Shown: positions 11,490 to 23,560 of the stretch, piece after piece
How positions within the stretch are numbered: the stretch's first letter is position 1
How the letters are laid out: the number at the start of each line of letters is the position of its first letter
Assembly (NCBI GenBank): GCA_951406725.2
Contig: OX597814.1
Coordinates: 202,058,001 to 202,122,000 of the forward strand
DNA from: Octopus vulgaris
Taxonomy: Eukaryota
Direction of reading: 5' to 3'
DNA length: 64,000 nt
Translations under genes and position numbers: made by a program
The notes under the pieces: generated by a model
The model's input: the letters and a program-made list of their open reading frames with translations, nothing else
Told to the model about the DNA's origin: nothing
Database searches by the model: none

Positions 11490-12495
11490 TCCTGAGAGAA
11501 ATGTAGGACATAAGAAGCATCAAATATGGTGTGCAAGAGAGACGTTTGCGCTGGTATGGTCATATACTACAGATGGATGAAGAGAGATGTGTGAAGAAGT
11601 GCCACTCCCAAACAGTTGAAGGAATCCTGGGTAGAGGTAGACCCAGGAAGACATGGGATGAGGTGGTCAAGCATGACCTTCAAGTGTTGAGCCTCACAGA
11701 GGCAATGATGAAAGACTGAGAACTCTGGAGATATGCTGTAACTGCGAAGACCCGGCAAATAAAGTGAGTTCACGGCTGTATCCAACACTAGTTTCACATA
11801 ACCAGCCCCAGCCCAGTCAAAAGTACCTTGGATCATAGGGCGACCTGCTGTGCTTATCTTGGATCATAGGGCAACCTGCTGTGCTTGAGGAGACCTATTG
11901 AGTCAAGAACATCAACATCAAAATAAAAATCAAATGGAAATTGTAGCTGTGATACCTGTGCCGGTGGCACATAAAAAGCACCATCTGAATGTGGCTGATG
12001 CTAGCGTCGCCATTGACTGGCTTCCATGCTGGTGGCATGTAAAAAGCACCAACTGATTGTGGGCTTTGCCAGCCTCCTCTGGCCCCTGTGCTGGTATCGC
12101 ATAAAAAGCACTGGTGCTGGTGCCACATAAAATTAACTGATGATGGTACCACATAAAAAGCACTGCTGCTGGTGCCAAGTGCAAAGGATTTGTACTGTGC
12201 CTTGTAAAAAGCACTGATGCTGGTGCCATGTAAAAAAAAAAGCACTGATGATGGTGCAATGCAAAAAGCATTGCTGATGGTGCCAAAGGTGCAGCATAAA
12301 AACCACTGGTGTTGGTGCCAATTAAAAAGCATTGGTTCTGGTTCTGTGACACACAAAACGCAGTTGGTGCTGGTGCCCAGTAAGAAGCACTGGTGTTGGT
12401 ACCATGTAAAAAGCAGCCAGTAAACTTTGTAAAGTGGTTGGCATTAGGAAGGACATCCAACTGTAGAAACCAAGTCAAAACGGACAATGGAATCC
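11490..12495 (+). mobile_element. RTE-clade LINE 3' fragment (ORF C-terminus + long 3' UTR)
   Basis: ORF 11531-11719 RRLRWYGHILQMDEER...GRGRPRKTWDEVVKHDL...ELWR is the typical RTE C-terminus; UTR runs into the GTGGTTGGCATTAGGAAGG motif shared with the many CAT-tailed copies. Confidence 0.85.
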
Positions 12496-12854
12496 GGTGT
12501 CTATTAAGACATACAACTTACAAATACACTAAACTGGTTATATAACACAAAGCATGAGAATGTCCAAATGTATTAATATTATATAAGATGCAATCATCTT
12601 GGAAAGGTAACATGCAATCTGAGTGAGATTTCAATGCTGTTTCCACTCGATTAAACAACTCCATTTAAGCCAACAGTTCTCAGCCATTTTTTTCCTACGG
12701 GCCTCTTTGATTTCTTTCATTTATTTCATTAGAACCTCAAAGGCATTCAAGGTTTTAAAAATCCTATTATATTTTTAAAATTAAATATTATCAGGAATTA
12801 TACTTTTAAAAAAAAAAAAGGTAAAATATATTTGGTGAATTACAGGAATATACT

Positions 12855-13060
12855 CTTTTACTTGTTTCAATCATTTGACTGCAGCCATGCTGGAGCAACG
12901 CCTTTTAATTGAGCAAATCGACCCCGGGACTTATTCTTTGTAAGCCTAGTACTTATTCTATCGGTCTCTTTTGCCGAACCGCTAATTTACAGGGACGTAA
13001 ACACACCAGCATCGGTCGTCAAGCAATGTTGGGGGGACAAATACAGACACACAAACGTAT
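12855..13060 (-). mobile_element. SINE family A 3' half
   Basis: Reverse complement of SINE A body/tail. Confidence 0.85.
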
Positions 13061-13073
13061 ACACACACGTTCA

Positions 13074-13107
<34 letters not shown>

Positions 13108-13112
13108 TACTC

Positions 13113-13177
<65 letters not shown>

Positions 13178-13182
<5 letters not shown>

Positions 13183-13329
13183 ACATTTAGAATGACCGAG
13201 GTAGTAATACGAGTCATAAAGGTCATTATTATGAGATGATTATAAGATCTTTATTATCATCTTATAATCATCTCATAATAATGACCTTTAAGACTCGTAT
13301 TACTACCTCAGTCATTCTAAATGTAGATA
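13178..13329. repeat. Near-perfect inverted repeat, ~70-bp arms, 10-nt loop
   Basis: ATCTACATTTAGAATGAC...TTATAAGAT / ATCTTATAA...GTCATTCTAAATGTAGAT with 2 mismatches. Confidence 0.9.
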
Positions 13330-13454
13330 TTTGTTGCTACCTATCATAAATAGCCTTTTTCTATTTGCAATATGCATTTTCGTTGATTTTTCATATTTTA
13401 CCCTTACATTTCCATGTGTATTTTTTATATTTTCTTTTCGTAACATATTTCCTG

Positions 13455-14464
13455 TCATTAATGACATTAATGACATCATCAAGCACAGCAACATAAAAAT
13501 CTTTGCAGATGATTCCAAGCTACAGAAGGTCATAAATGAGGCGAGTGACCGGACATGCCTTCAGTCAGATCTACTGGCTGTTATCCAATGGGCAGAAAAA
13601 AACAATATGCTGCTGAACGAGGATAAATTTGAGTTAATCCACTTTGGAAAAGAGGATGCCCTGAAACTCCCATACTCCCTTCCTTCAGGTGAAACTCTCG
13701 CGGCGTCCAACAACATCAGAGACTTGGGAGTAATTGTGGACAACAACATAAGCTGGGCCACTCATATAAACACCAAAGTTGACATGGCCCGCAGAATGTG
13801 TTCCTGGATTCTCAGAACTTTCCAGTTGAGAGATATCCACACCATTATCCTTCTCTTCTCCACTTTTGCCCGACCCCACCTTGAATACTGTTGTCCACTA
13901 TGGTCTCCCCACACAATACAAGGTATCATAAAAGTTGAAGCACCTCAAAGGGCAATCACAAAAAAGATAGATGGCATGACAGGCCTCGACTATTGGGGTC
14001 GACTAGAAAAGCTAAAACTTTATTCTCTCCAACGTCGTCGTGAGCGCTACATCATCTGCATGATGTGGAAAATATTCCATCAGCATTGCCCAAATGATGT
14101 TGGCATCACCTTTAAGGTACATCCGTGCCATCCGCCCAAAACAAAAATCGCACTCTCATCGCATAACAACAATACGGCACAATTATTTCACCTCAATTGG
14201 CCCCGCTCTCTTTAACATTACACCAAAACACATTAAAACAGAAACTGACCCTATAGGGTTCAAGAAGTCTTTGGACAGATTCCTTCAAGAAATCCCGGAT
14301 AAACCCCCTACACCCGGATATGTCTCTGTAAACAACAACTCTCTACTTGAGTGGGCCATTGTGCCCAAATTCTGACTTGAAAGACTTCACCAGGTGGTGC
14401 TATTAGGTTAGACATGGCCTGGGCCAATAATGGCCAAAACCTAACAAAGTATCAAAGTATCAAA

Positions 14465-14468
<4 letters not shown>
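13455..14468 (+). mobile_element. CR1-type LINE, 5'-truncated (reverse transcriptase C-terminal part, frameshifted)
   Basis: FADDSKL, LQSDL..V..W...N.M.LN..K, RDLGV, RPHLEYC..LWSP, YWGRLEKLKLYSLQRRR; frameshift near 14120; ends in (CAAAGTAT)x3 octamer tail. Confidence 0.9.
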
Positions 14469-14522
<54 letters not shown>

Positions 14523-14637
14523 ATATATATATATATGTATGTATATATATATATATATATATAATGAGATAGGGGTTGAAAATTCAGATAGTTGATGTTT
14601 TATTGATTTAAGTATGTTTCTCCATTTTCTAATTTTG

Positions 14638-14677
<40 letters not shown>

Positions 14678-14712
14678 ATATATATATGTATGTATATATA
14701 TATATATATGTA

Positions 14713-14749
<37 letters not shown>

Positions 14750-14758
<9 letters not shown>

Positions 14759-14915
14759 GCTTCTTTCAGTTTCTGTCTACCAAATCTACTCACAAGGCTT
14801 TGGTCGATCCGAGGCTATAGTAGAAGACACTTACCCTAGGTGCCATGCAGTGGGACTGAACCTGGAACAATGTGGTTGGTAAGCAAGCTACCACCACCAC
14901 ACAATCACTCCTATG
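14750..14915 (-). mobile_element. SINE family A 5' half
   Basis: Reverse complement of SINE A head. Confidence 0.8.
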
Positions 14916-15534
14916 CCCATTGCATATAAATTTTAGCAAAAAAAAAAAAACAAAAAAAAACTTATATGGCACCCCAGGAGTCATATGGACCCCCCATTTG
15001 AGAACCACTATTTGAAACCCAGAAGTTCATTGACAGCAAAAGTTTCCATTTCTCTCTAAATACTAAAATTAGCTTCCTGTTGTTTCGGTGTCTGTCACCT
15101 GCAGTTTCCCATGATGTAAGATCAAATATTTCCATGTTTTGAATTCCATTGCTGTTGACACCCTAAAATAAATACCTGTCAAGTCTATAAAATATGAAAT
15201 CTTAACGACAATATTAATATTTTATCGATAAATCTAAAGAATTTCTCGTCTCATAAATATAAATTGATTTGTTTCTGCAAAAACTTTTCTTATTTCTTGA
15301 TCATTTCTTTGATAGTTCTTCTTTTCCTTCTCTTCATTCGTTACTTCTGGCTAGGATTAATTAATGTGGCTAATGTCGGTCTCTCCGTTTTCACAAGGTG
15401 AAAATGGTGAACACTTCAACACAACCTTTTTGTTTTATGGTTGGGTTTCTTTGTTTTGCTGTTGTTTTTTTTTTTTGCATTTTTGCATTGATTAAATTAT
15501 TTTCTAATTTCAAATGTCTCCAAGTGCTTTTTTA

Positions 15535-15566
<32 letters not shown>

Positions 15567-15569
15567 TTC

Positions 15570-15602
<33 letters not shown>

Positions 15603-15855
15603 TTCTCTTTTTCTTTCTCTCTCTTTCTCTTTTTTTCTCTCTCTCTCTCTCTTTCTCTTTTTCTCTTTCTCTCTTTCTCTTTCTCTCTCTCACTCTCTCT
15701 TTCTCTTTTTTCTCTCACTCTCTTTCTCTTTCTCTTTTCTCTTTTTCTCTTTCTCTCTTTCTCTTTCTCTCTCTCTCTCTCTCTTTCTCTTTTTTCTCTC
15801 ACTCTCTTTCTCTTTCTCTTTTCTCTTTTTCTCTCTCTCTCTCTCCTTCTCTTTT

Positions 15856-15886
<31 letters not shown>

Positions 15887-16615
15887 TTCTCTTTTCTCTC
15901 TCTCTCTCTTTCTCTTTCTCTTTTCTCTCTTTCTCTCTCTTTCTCTTTCTCTTTTTCTCTCTCTCTCTCTCTTTCTCTCTTCTGCCACCAAAACAACATT
16001 AGCTGTTCTCTAACAGCTCTAGTGTAGTCTCAGTGTCACTGGACATCAATGGGAAGAGGGAAGGAGAGAGAGAGAGAGAGAGAGATGGGAGAGAAGAAAG
16101 GAAAAGAGAGAGGGAGAGAAGAAAAGGAGGAAAGGTAAAGAGAGGAGGTAATAAAAAAGAAGGAGAGAGAAGGAAAGAAAGGAAGAGAGAAGGGAAATAA
16201 AGTAAGAAAGAAAAGGAGAGGGGAGGAAGGAAAGATGGAATGAAGGAAGGAAGGAACGAACGAACAAACATACAAACAAAGAAAGGAAGGAAGGAGGGAA
16301 GGGGGAAGGAATGGAGGAAAGTAAAAGAAAGAAAGAAAGAAAGAAACATACAAAGAGAGAGGGAGAGAAGAAAATGAGGAAAGGTAAAGAGAGGAAGAAA
16401 TAAAAAAAAGAAAGGAAGAGAGATGGAAATAAAGTAAGAAAGAAAAGGAGAGAGGGGGAGGAAAGAAGGAATGACGGAAGGAAGGAAAGAAAGAACGAAA
16501 GAACAAACAAACAAACAAACATGCAAAAAAAGGAAAGAAGGAAGGAAGGAATGGAGGAAGAAAAAGAAAGAAAGAAACAAACAAACAAATAAATAAACAA
16601 AGAAAGAAGGAAAAA
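15535..16615. repeat. Pyrimidine (CT/CTTT) tract followed by purine (GA/GAAA/GGAA) tract
   Basis: 15535-15982 nearly pure C/T; 16055-16615 nearly pure G/A with a ~250-bp internal duplication. Confidence 0.95.
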
Positions 16616-16964
16616 ATTCCCAAGTCTTGTCTTCCTCAATGGTAAACATAACCTTTGAATGAGAAGAAAAAAGATGTTTTGTAGAGATTTTTCCAACCAA
16701 TATTTAAGACAATAGATGTAGTCTTAATTAACTTGAAATTTTTATTAATAATTAAAAAACAACATCTACATATATTTAAACAAATTTAAATGTTGGATTT
16801 TGTATGGAAAAACAAAAACAGTTGAAGGAAAATATAACGATTTTTTTTTTCTCAGATCACCTTTTGAAGGTGTTGTAACAATGGGTTTAAGATCAGGTTG
16901 GGAACCTTTCTTATATTTGTAGGGCAGATTAAATCAAATGTAATACAGGATAGAGCATGAAGTG

Positions 16965-17673
16965 TCATCTTCCCTTCTTTTACGCAACAAGAACGACCTG
17001 TTTCTCAACCGGATTGTGACTTGCAATAAAAAGTGGATTCTTTACGACAATCAGTGATGCTCAGCTCAGTGGTTGAACACCGATGAAGCTCCATGGTACT
17101 TCCTGACGCCAAAGTTGCACCAAGAGAAGTTCATGGTGACTGTTTGGTGGTCTGCGGCCGGTCTCATCTATCACAGCTTTTTGGATCCAGGTGAAACTAT
17201 TACGGCAGAGAAGTACTGTCAGCAAATGGATGAAATGCATAAGAAACTCTGACAACAACAGCCAGCATTGGTCAATAGAAAAGGACCAATTTTTCTCTAC
17301 GACAATGCTTAGTCGTACGTTGCACAACTGACCCTGCAGAAGTTGAATGAATTGGGCTACGAAACTCTGCCTCATCCGCCATACTCACCAAACCTCTCGC
17401 CTACCGACTACCACTTTTTCAAGCATCTCGACAACTTCCTGCGTGAAAAATGCTTCAAACACCAAGACGATGCCAAACACGCCTTCAACGACTTCATTGA
17501 CACCAAAACGCATGATTTTTACGCAACTGGCATAAATAAACTTGTTTTGTGTTAGCAAAAGTGAATTGATTCTGATGGTGTTTATTTCAATTAATAAAGT
17601 TTTGTTTGAGCCGAGATATATCCATCTGGATGTAAAGGTTAAAAACTGCAAGAACTTTCTTGACAACCTAATA
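16965..17673 (+). mobile_element. mariner transposon 3' part (decayed DD34D transposase + right TIR)
   Basis: RIVTCNKKWILYDN, MVTVWW, YDNA, LPHPPYSPNLSPTDYHFFKHL with several stops; TIR AAAACTGCAAGAACTTTCTTGACAACCTAA-TA. Confidence 0.9.
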
Positions 17674-17699
17674 TGATGGAAAGTGTCAGCTGTCTACAG

Positions 17700-18218
17700 A
17701 CAGCATTTGTTTACTGATCATGCTTCAAGAACCCTGCGAAGAATTCTTGCAGTTTCAAGCAGTGCTGATTTTTGCACCAATCTTTTTCAGCCATATTGGT
17801 AGTTGAGTGCAGATACTTCCTCATGCACCAATAACTATTGGTATCACGTCTAATCCCTTCATTGACCGCAACCTTCGTATTTCCCACTTCAAATCATCAT
17901 AATTCTTTATTTTTTTCTTCTTTCACATTGATCCTGTTGTCACCAGAGCATGCTATGTCGATAATCATACATGTTCTTTCTCTTTTATTCACCACAACAA
18001 TGTCTAGTTTCCGATGTCTGGTTGGGTGATCACACTGAATCATTGCATCCCACAAGGTTTTGCAATTCTCATTTTTGGTGACTCCTTCTGGAGTTTTCTC
18101 ATACCATGTCTTTGCTCCTTATAGACTGTGATTTCCACAAAGCTCCCAATGGATCGTTTTTGCCACATTGTCATGGCGTCTTTTGTATTTGTGTTGTGCA
18201 TACACTAACAGTGTGCCA

Positions 18219-18220
<2 letters not shown>
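17700..18220 (-). mobile_element. R4/Dong-like RLE LINE endonuclease fragment
   Basis: Minus translates RRHDNVAKTIHWELC...WYEKTPE...LWD..IQCD...DIVV...IIDIAC.GD...K..Y.DLK.EI...IPIVIGA; abuts (TAT)n. Confidence 0.75.
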
Positions 18221-18261
<41 letters not shown>

Positions 18262-18777
18262 GAGTGAGAGAGTAGTGCATGTCATCAAAGTGACACTGGG
18301 GTAAAATATACAATGCCCAGTATACCCATCATCACAACCATATATGCTCAACATGGTGATCTCATATCAAGATAAACAGCGCATGTCCTTGCTGGTGGAG
18401 CCCAGTTAGAATTTTCTTCAGGCCACGTAGCCCATCCCACTCAAAAGGTCCCTGAATAAGAGTTGCTTAAGGATGTTGAACGATACACCCATGTTTCCAA
18501 AGGTGAATTATCCACACACCAATGAATTCCTTTCAACACATGGCTATGATGCTCCCCCACTACTTCTGCTCGTAATCAGAGATGCACATATCGTCAGCCA
18601 CTAAGGGACATGCTCAACTGGTTATTGTCAAGCAACTGACAAGCAAATCTGTGGTATTGAGCAGAATATTTGCTGTAGCCCATCTTTTATACCAAGACAA
18701 AACAATGTACATGATAACACTTCCAACCAGTTAAAATCAGAAGTCACGAGAGCCACTGTCTGGTACTGCATAAGGGC

Positions 18778-18780
<3 letters not shown>
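18262..18780 (-). mobile_element. ~520-560-bp non-coding (TAA)n-embedded element
   Basis: Homologous to 38561-39119(+) and 35412-35760(+); both ends in TAA/TAT tracts. Confidence 0.7.
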
Positions 18781-18837
<57 letters not shown>

Positions 18838-18841
<4 letters not shown>

Positions 18842-19170
18842 TAGTTTTATTTTTATAGCATGCTTTCACTTCACTACCGAGCGCAGCTCTGTGTGCCTTG
18901 GGTATGTGCTGTGATTTGTTATGATGCTCTGATGGTTATTGTATGGTTATTGTTCTGCGTAGGATGTGCGCAGTGCTTAGTAGTGCAATTTTCTGTATGT
19001 TATATGTGTTTGTAAGTCCTGGTGTTTTTGTTATGTATTTGTCTGAATATTTTTTTATCATGCTTAATGATAGGAATTGTTTCTGTCTTTAGATTCCACA
19101 TTCTGGTTACCTCTATTTCCAGGTCTTTGTATTTTGAAAGTTTCTCCATTTCTTTTAGAGACACGTTGTC
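18838..19170 (-). mobile_element. Dong-like LINE 3' end
   Basis: Close to the reverse complement of 36700-37051. Confidence 0.85.
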
Positions 19171-19171
19171 A

Positions 19172-19229
<58 letters not shown>

Positions 19230-19262
19230 ATTATTATTATTATTATCATTATTATTATTATT

Positions 19263-19480
19263 AAGGCAGTGAGCTGACAGAAACATTAGCACGCTGGGCA
19301 AAATGTTTAACAGCATTTCATCCATCTTTACATTCTGAGTTCAAATTCCGCCAAGGTCGACTTTGCCTTACATCCTTTTGAGGGTCGATAAATTAAGTGT
19401 CAGTCAAATTACCAGGGTCAATATAATTGACTAGTCTCCTTCCTTGAAATTTCAGGCCTTGTGCCTATAGTAGAAAAGGT
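19263..19480 (+). mobile_element. SINE family B (tail type 2)
   Basis: B head/core + ...CTTGTGCCTATAGTAGAAAAGG(TAT)n tail. Confidence 0.8.
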
Positions 19481-19516
19481 TATTATTATTATCATTATTA
19501 TTGTTATTATTATTAT

Positions 19517-20769
19517 TCAGTAGTTTTATTTTTATAGCGTGCTTTCACTTCACTACCGAGTGCAGCTCTGTGTGCCTTGGGTATGTGCTGTGATTTGTTG
19601 TGATGCTCTGATGGTTATTGTATGGAAAGTGTTCTGCGTAGGATGTGTGCAGTGCCTAGTAGTGCAATTTTCTGTATGTTATATGTGTTTGTAAGTCCTG
19701 GTGTTTTTGTTATGTATTTGTCTGAATATTTTTTTTTTCATGCCTAATGCACCTACTATGATAGGAATTGTTTCTGTTTTCAGATTCCACATTCTGGTTA
19801 CCTCTATTTCCAGGTCTTTGTATTTTGAGAGTTTCTCCATTTCTTTTAGAGACACGTTGTCATCAGCCGGTATTGATACATCAATTAGAAAGCATTTTTT
19901 TCTTCATGATCTCTGACAACTATATCTGGTCTGTTGGCCTTAATTTCTCTATCTGTGTCTATCGGCATATCCCAGAGTATTGTTGTGTGGCTTCTATCTA
20001 CATTTTCCTGGTGTATGTTTTCTTTTAGGTGTTCTATTTCTATTTCTGATATTTTTTTGTGTTGAGAATGTATCTTCGTACGTTAGCTAATTTATTAGGG
20101 TTCATTGCTGTATCCAAGTCTATATCTCTATTATTTTCCTTCCATATTTTATATGTATGTGTTGTTGTATTTTCATGTTTTGGGTAGAGTACTGCTGTGA
20201 AGTATGTGTGTAAGATAGAAATGTATTCCTCACGTGTCCATTTACGTCTTTTGGGTTTTATTTGCGGGACATGAGGTACAACGTCCGGCCCATTATTTTG
20301 ACGGTTGTCATTTTCGTAGGGTACCGGTCCGTTTATTTCTGTTGTCACATTATTTCGCACGTGTAGTTTTTCGTACATTTTTTGTTGTAAGTTTAATGTA
20401 CGTACCGCTCGATTGTTATTCTTGGGTTTAATAGTATCGGTGGCATTTAATTTCTTCGTAGTTCCTTTGTACATGGTGTTTGGGGTCGGAGATGATCGTG
20501 ATGTTCCACGCATGTTTACATGTGTTGCGTTAGAGGCGGAGATGATATCGAGTCAAAATACATCATTTCGTTTCGAAAATAGTAATAAATTTCAATTAGT
20601 ATTACTTACTCGGATACAGTCCAATTCTTTGTTAGTAAAACTTTGGCTCCATAGGATGTCCTTGTTTTCGATGTTTGTGGATAGATTTCGGAGCTCTGAA
20701 TTTTCCTTCTTACATCTTAAACGTCCCCGGTGTTCTTCTTAAACGTCCCCGGTGTTCTTCTTAAACGTC

Positions 20770-20770
<1 letters not shown>
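19517..20770 (-). mobile_element. Internally deleted Dong/R4-like LINE retaining 5' and 3' ends
   Basis: Minus: 5' end in (TAA)n at ~20770, ORF 20513-20040 (KRRKWTREE... Myb-like N-terminus), jump at ~20000 to RLE C-terminus and 3' UTR matching 36580-37051. Confidence 0.7.
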
Positions 20771-20806
<36 letters not shown>

Positions 20807-21035
20807 TTTATTATCATCATCATCATTATTGTGGTGGCGAGCTGGCAGAATCGTTAGTATGCTGGACCCATTACTACATTCTGAGTTCAAATCCTGCCGG
20901 GGTCAACTTTGCCTTTCATCCTTTCAAGGTTGATAAACAAAGTACCAGTTCAATACTGGGGCTCGATGTAATCAACTTAACCCCATTGCTGAAATTTCTG
21001 GTCTTTCGCCTCTAGTAGAAAGGACTATTATTATT

Positions 21036-21251
21036 ACTCTTTACTCTTTTACTTGTTTCAGTCATTTGACTGTGGCCATGCTGAAGCACCGCCTTTAGTC
21101 AAGCAAATCGACCCCAGGACTTATTCTTTGGAAGCCTAGTAGTTATTCTATCAGTCTCTTTTGCTGAACCACTTAGTTATGGGGATATAAACACACTGCC
21201 ATCGATTGTCAAGCGATGTTGGGGGGAAAAACACAGACACAACATATACAT

Positions 21252-21328
<77 letters not shown>

Positions 21329-21490
21329 TACGATGGGCTACTTTCAGTTTCCAGCTACCAAATCCACTCACAAGGCTTTGGTCAGCCCGAAGCTATAGAG
21401 GAAGATAGTTGCCCAAGGTGCCCCGCAGTGGGAGTGAACCCAGAACCACGCGGTTGGTAAGCAAGCTACTTATGACAAGTCACTCCTGCA
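21036..21490 (-). mobile_element. SINE family A, full length
   Basis: Complete reverse-complement copy with central CA/TA microsatellite. Confidence 0.85.
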
Positions 21491-21494
21491 CATA

Positions 21495-21557
21495 TTATTA
21501 TTATTAATAATAGTAGTAGTAGTAGTAGCAGCAGCAACAGCAGCAGCAGCAGCAGTG

Positions 21558-21623
<66 letters not shown>

Positions 21624-22350
21624 TCTGCTTGCGTTAGAGAGACTGTTGTGTGAGTAATAGGTTATACTATGGCAGATTTCGTTCACAGTTAAATGGAAGA
21701 AGAGATATCCATTTGCTAAAAGTATTATAATTGGTTAAACTCATTTCCAGCAATGGATACGAGCACAGCAAATGGATATTAAAACCGATAAAAGAAGACC
21801 CAAAAAAAAACAATTTATAAAACTGATATTTTCAGCAGACTGATGATGGTTCTCATTCTGATGATGATGATGGTGGTAGTAGTGGTCGTGGTGGTCGTGG
21901 TGGTGGTCGTAGTCGTGCTGGTGGTCGTGGTCGTGGTGTCGACAGTGGCGGCGGCAGTGGTGGTGGTGGTGGTGGTGGTGGTGGTGGTGGCAGGTGGTGG
22001 TGGTGGTAGTGGTGGTGGTGGCAGTAGTGGTGGTGGTGGTCATGGTGATGATGAAGATGACAACGATGATGATGGCAATGGTGTTGGCAGTGGTGGTGGT
22101 GGTGATGGTAGCAGTGGTGATGATGACAATGATGATGATGATGAGGAGGAGGAGGAGGATAATGATGATGATGATGATGATGATAATGATGATGATGATG
22201 ATGACAATGATGATAATGAGAATGATGATGATGATTATGATGACGACAATGTTCACGATGGTGATGATGATTGTCTTTTTGTTGTTGTTGGTGGTGGTGG
22301 GGATGACGATGATGATGGTAATGATGGTGACGATGATGATGACGGCAGTG
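21495..22350. repeat. Trinucleotide repeat blocks (TAG, CAG, GTG, GAT, GAG)
   Basis: Direct inspection; source of the poly-H/D/V ORFs. Confidence 0.95.
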
Positions 22351-22892
22351 ACGTTTCGCACGGAACTGGATTGCAGTCACATCGCCATTATTTCTATCGA
22401 CGAATGCCAGAGGCGATCAATATTTGATGAAGATGAGAGAGCATTAAAGTTTCACAGTAATTATATTTTTATTGTTATATCCAAGGAGAATTCTTAATTA
22501 CAGCCGATAACAACTTTTACATATCAGAATATATCACATGGTGAGAGGGCAATGGGTTTAGTGCAGTTAATTCACAACTTGAAAAGTTGCTTAATGTTTA
22601 ACAGGAATACATAATGATGTAGAATTATTACATATATCCCAATATACCCAAATATACACAAATATACTCATATATATTCAAATATGGCCACCCTCAAAGA
22701 ACTGGTGCTTATATAGATTGTCCATACTAAGAACGACAACGTGTATTCTTTTATTCTTTTATTCACTTCAGTTAGTGGGCTACAGCCATACTGGAGCTCC
22801 ATGTTGAAGGCTGCAAGTTAAACAACCATGTGTGAAACAGGTGTTAAGAATTTCTCATTTTGCAGGTGAGATTTCTAAGATTGAAGATTCAT

Positions 22893-23560
22893 TCAGTGAG
22901 CAGGAAGAGTCATTAAGATGATGGACAAAATGCTTGTTACTGAATTCATATTTTTTCTGTTCAAATGATTTTGAAGACTGCAGAATAAATGATAATCAGA
23001 TGGGACAATGTCAAACTGCTCCATCCTTTGGAATGTCATTCTTGCTATATGTGGCCAAGCATTATCCTGATGGAAGAACACCTTTTGTCTTAAAACTAAC
23101 GATGATCATTTTTCTTCTAGTGCTGCTGTGAATGAATGGTTAAATGACCAAATCCAAGCTTCTCTGCTAGTTTTTCAACAGTTACGATAGGATTTTGTTC
23201 CACCAGGCTTTGCAGGACATCCTTGTCGAGTTCTGCAGATCTTCCAGGACAAGGCTCATGTAGCTGTAGCTTCTGGAACCTTCGTTGACACTGGCTTACA
23301 CTTATTGTCTGATCTCCATATACTGCATTAATGTTCCTCACACTTTCTGTTGCATTGTTGCCGTCATTGAGCTCATAAAGCAAAATTTGCCAAATATGCT
23401 CCTTTGTTGCTTCCATTATAGCTTTGAAAAAATAACTGTTAAAATCAAACTGCACTCTTCAAAACTTGCACTAAGAATAAGGATAAGGTATAATTACTAC
23501 CTGCTTTTATAGCAAGTTGATGAAGGTAGTTTATCCCGTTTCCTTCCTACTTTTAGTTCA
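22893..23560 (-). mobile_element. Internally deleted mariner
   Basis: MEATKEHIWQILLYE..GNNATES.RNIN.VYG...GRS.ELD.DVL..LVEQNP..T...LAE.LG (HTH) and FHQDNAWPH, PSDYHLFCSLQNHL. Confidence 0.85.

Noticed and set aside
13331-13455. Hydrophobic N-terminus of the 294-aa ORF as a host signal/TM segment
   Set aside because: T-rich flank fortuitously in frame with a truncated CR1 RT.
21741-22497. Long His/Asp/Gly/Val-rich ORFs
   Set aside because: Open in multiple frames on both strands because of trinucleotide repeats; no splice or domain evidence. The same applies to ORFs at 7407-8226, 15398-16700, 31253-31918, 38186-39491 and 56145-56928.
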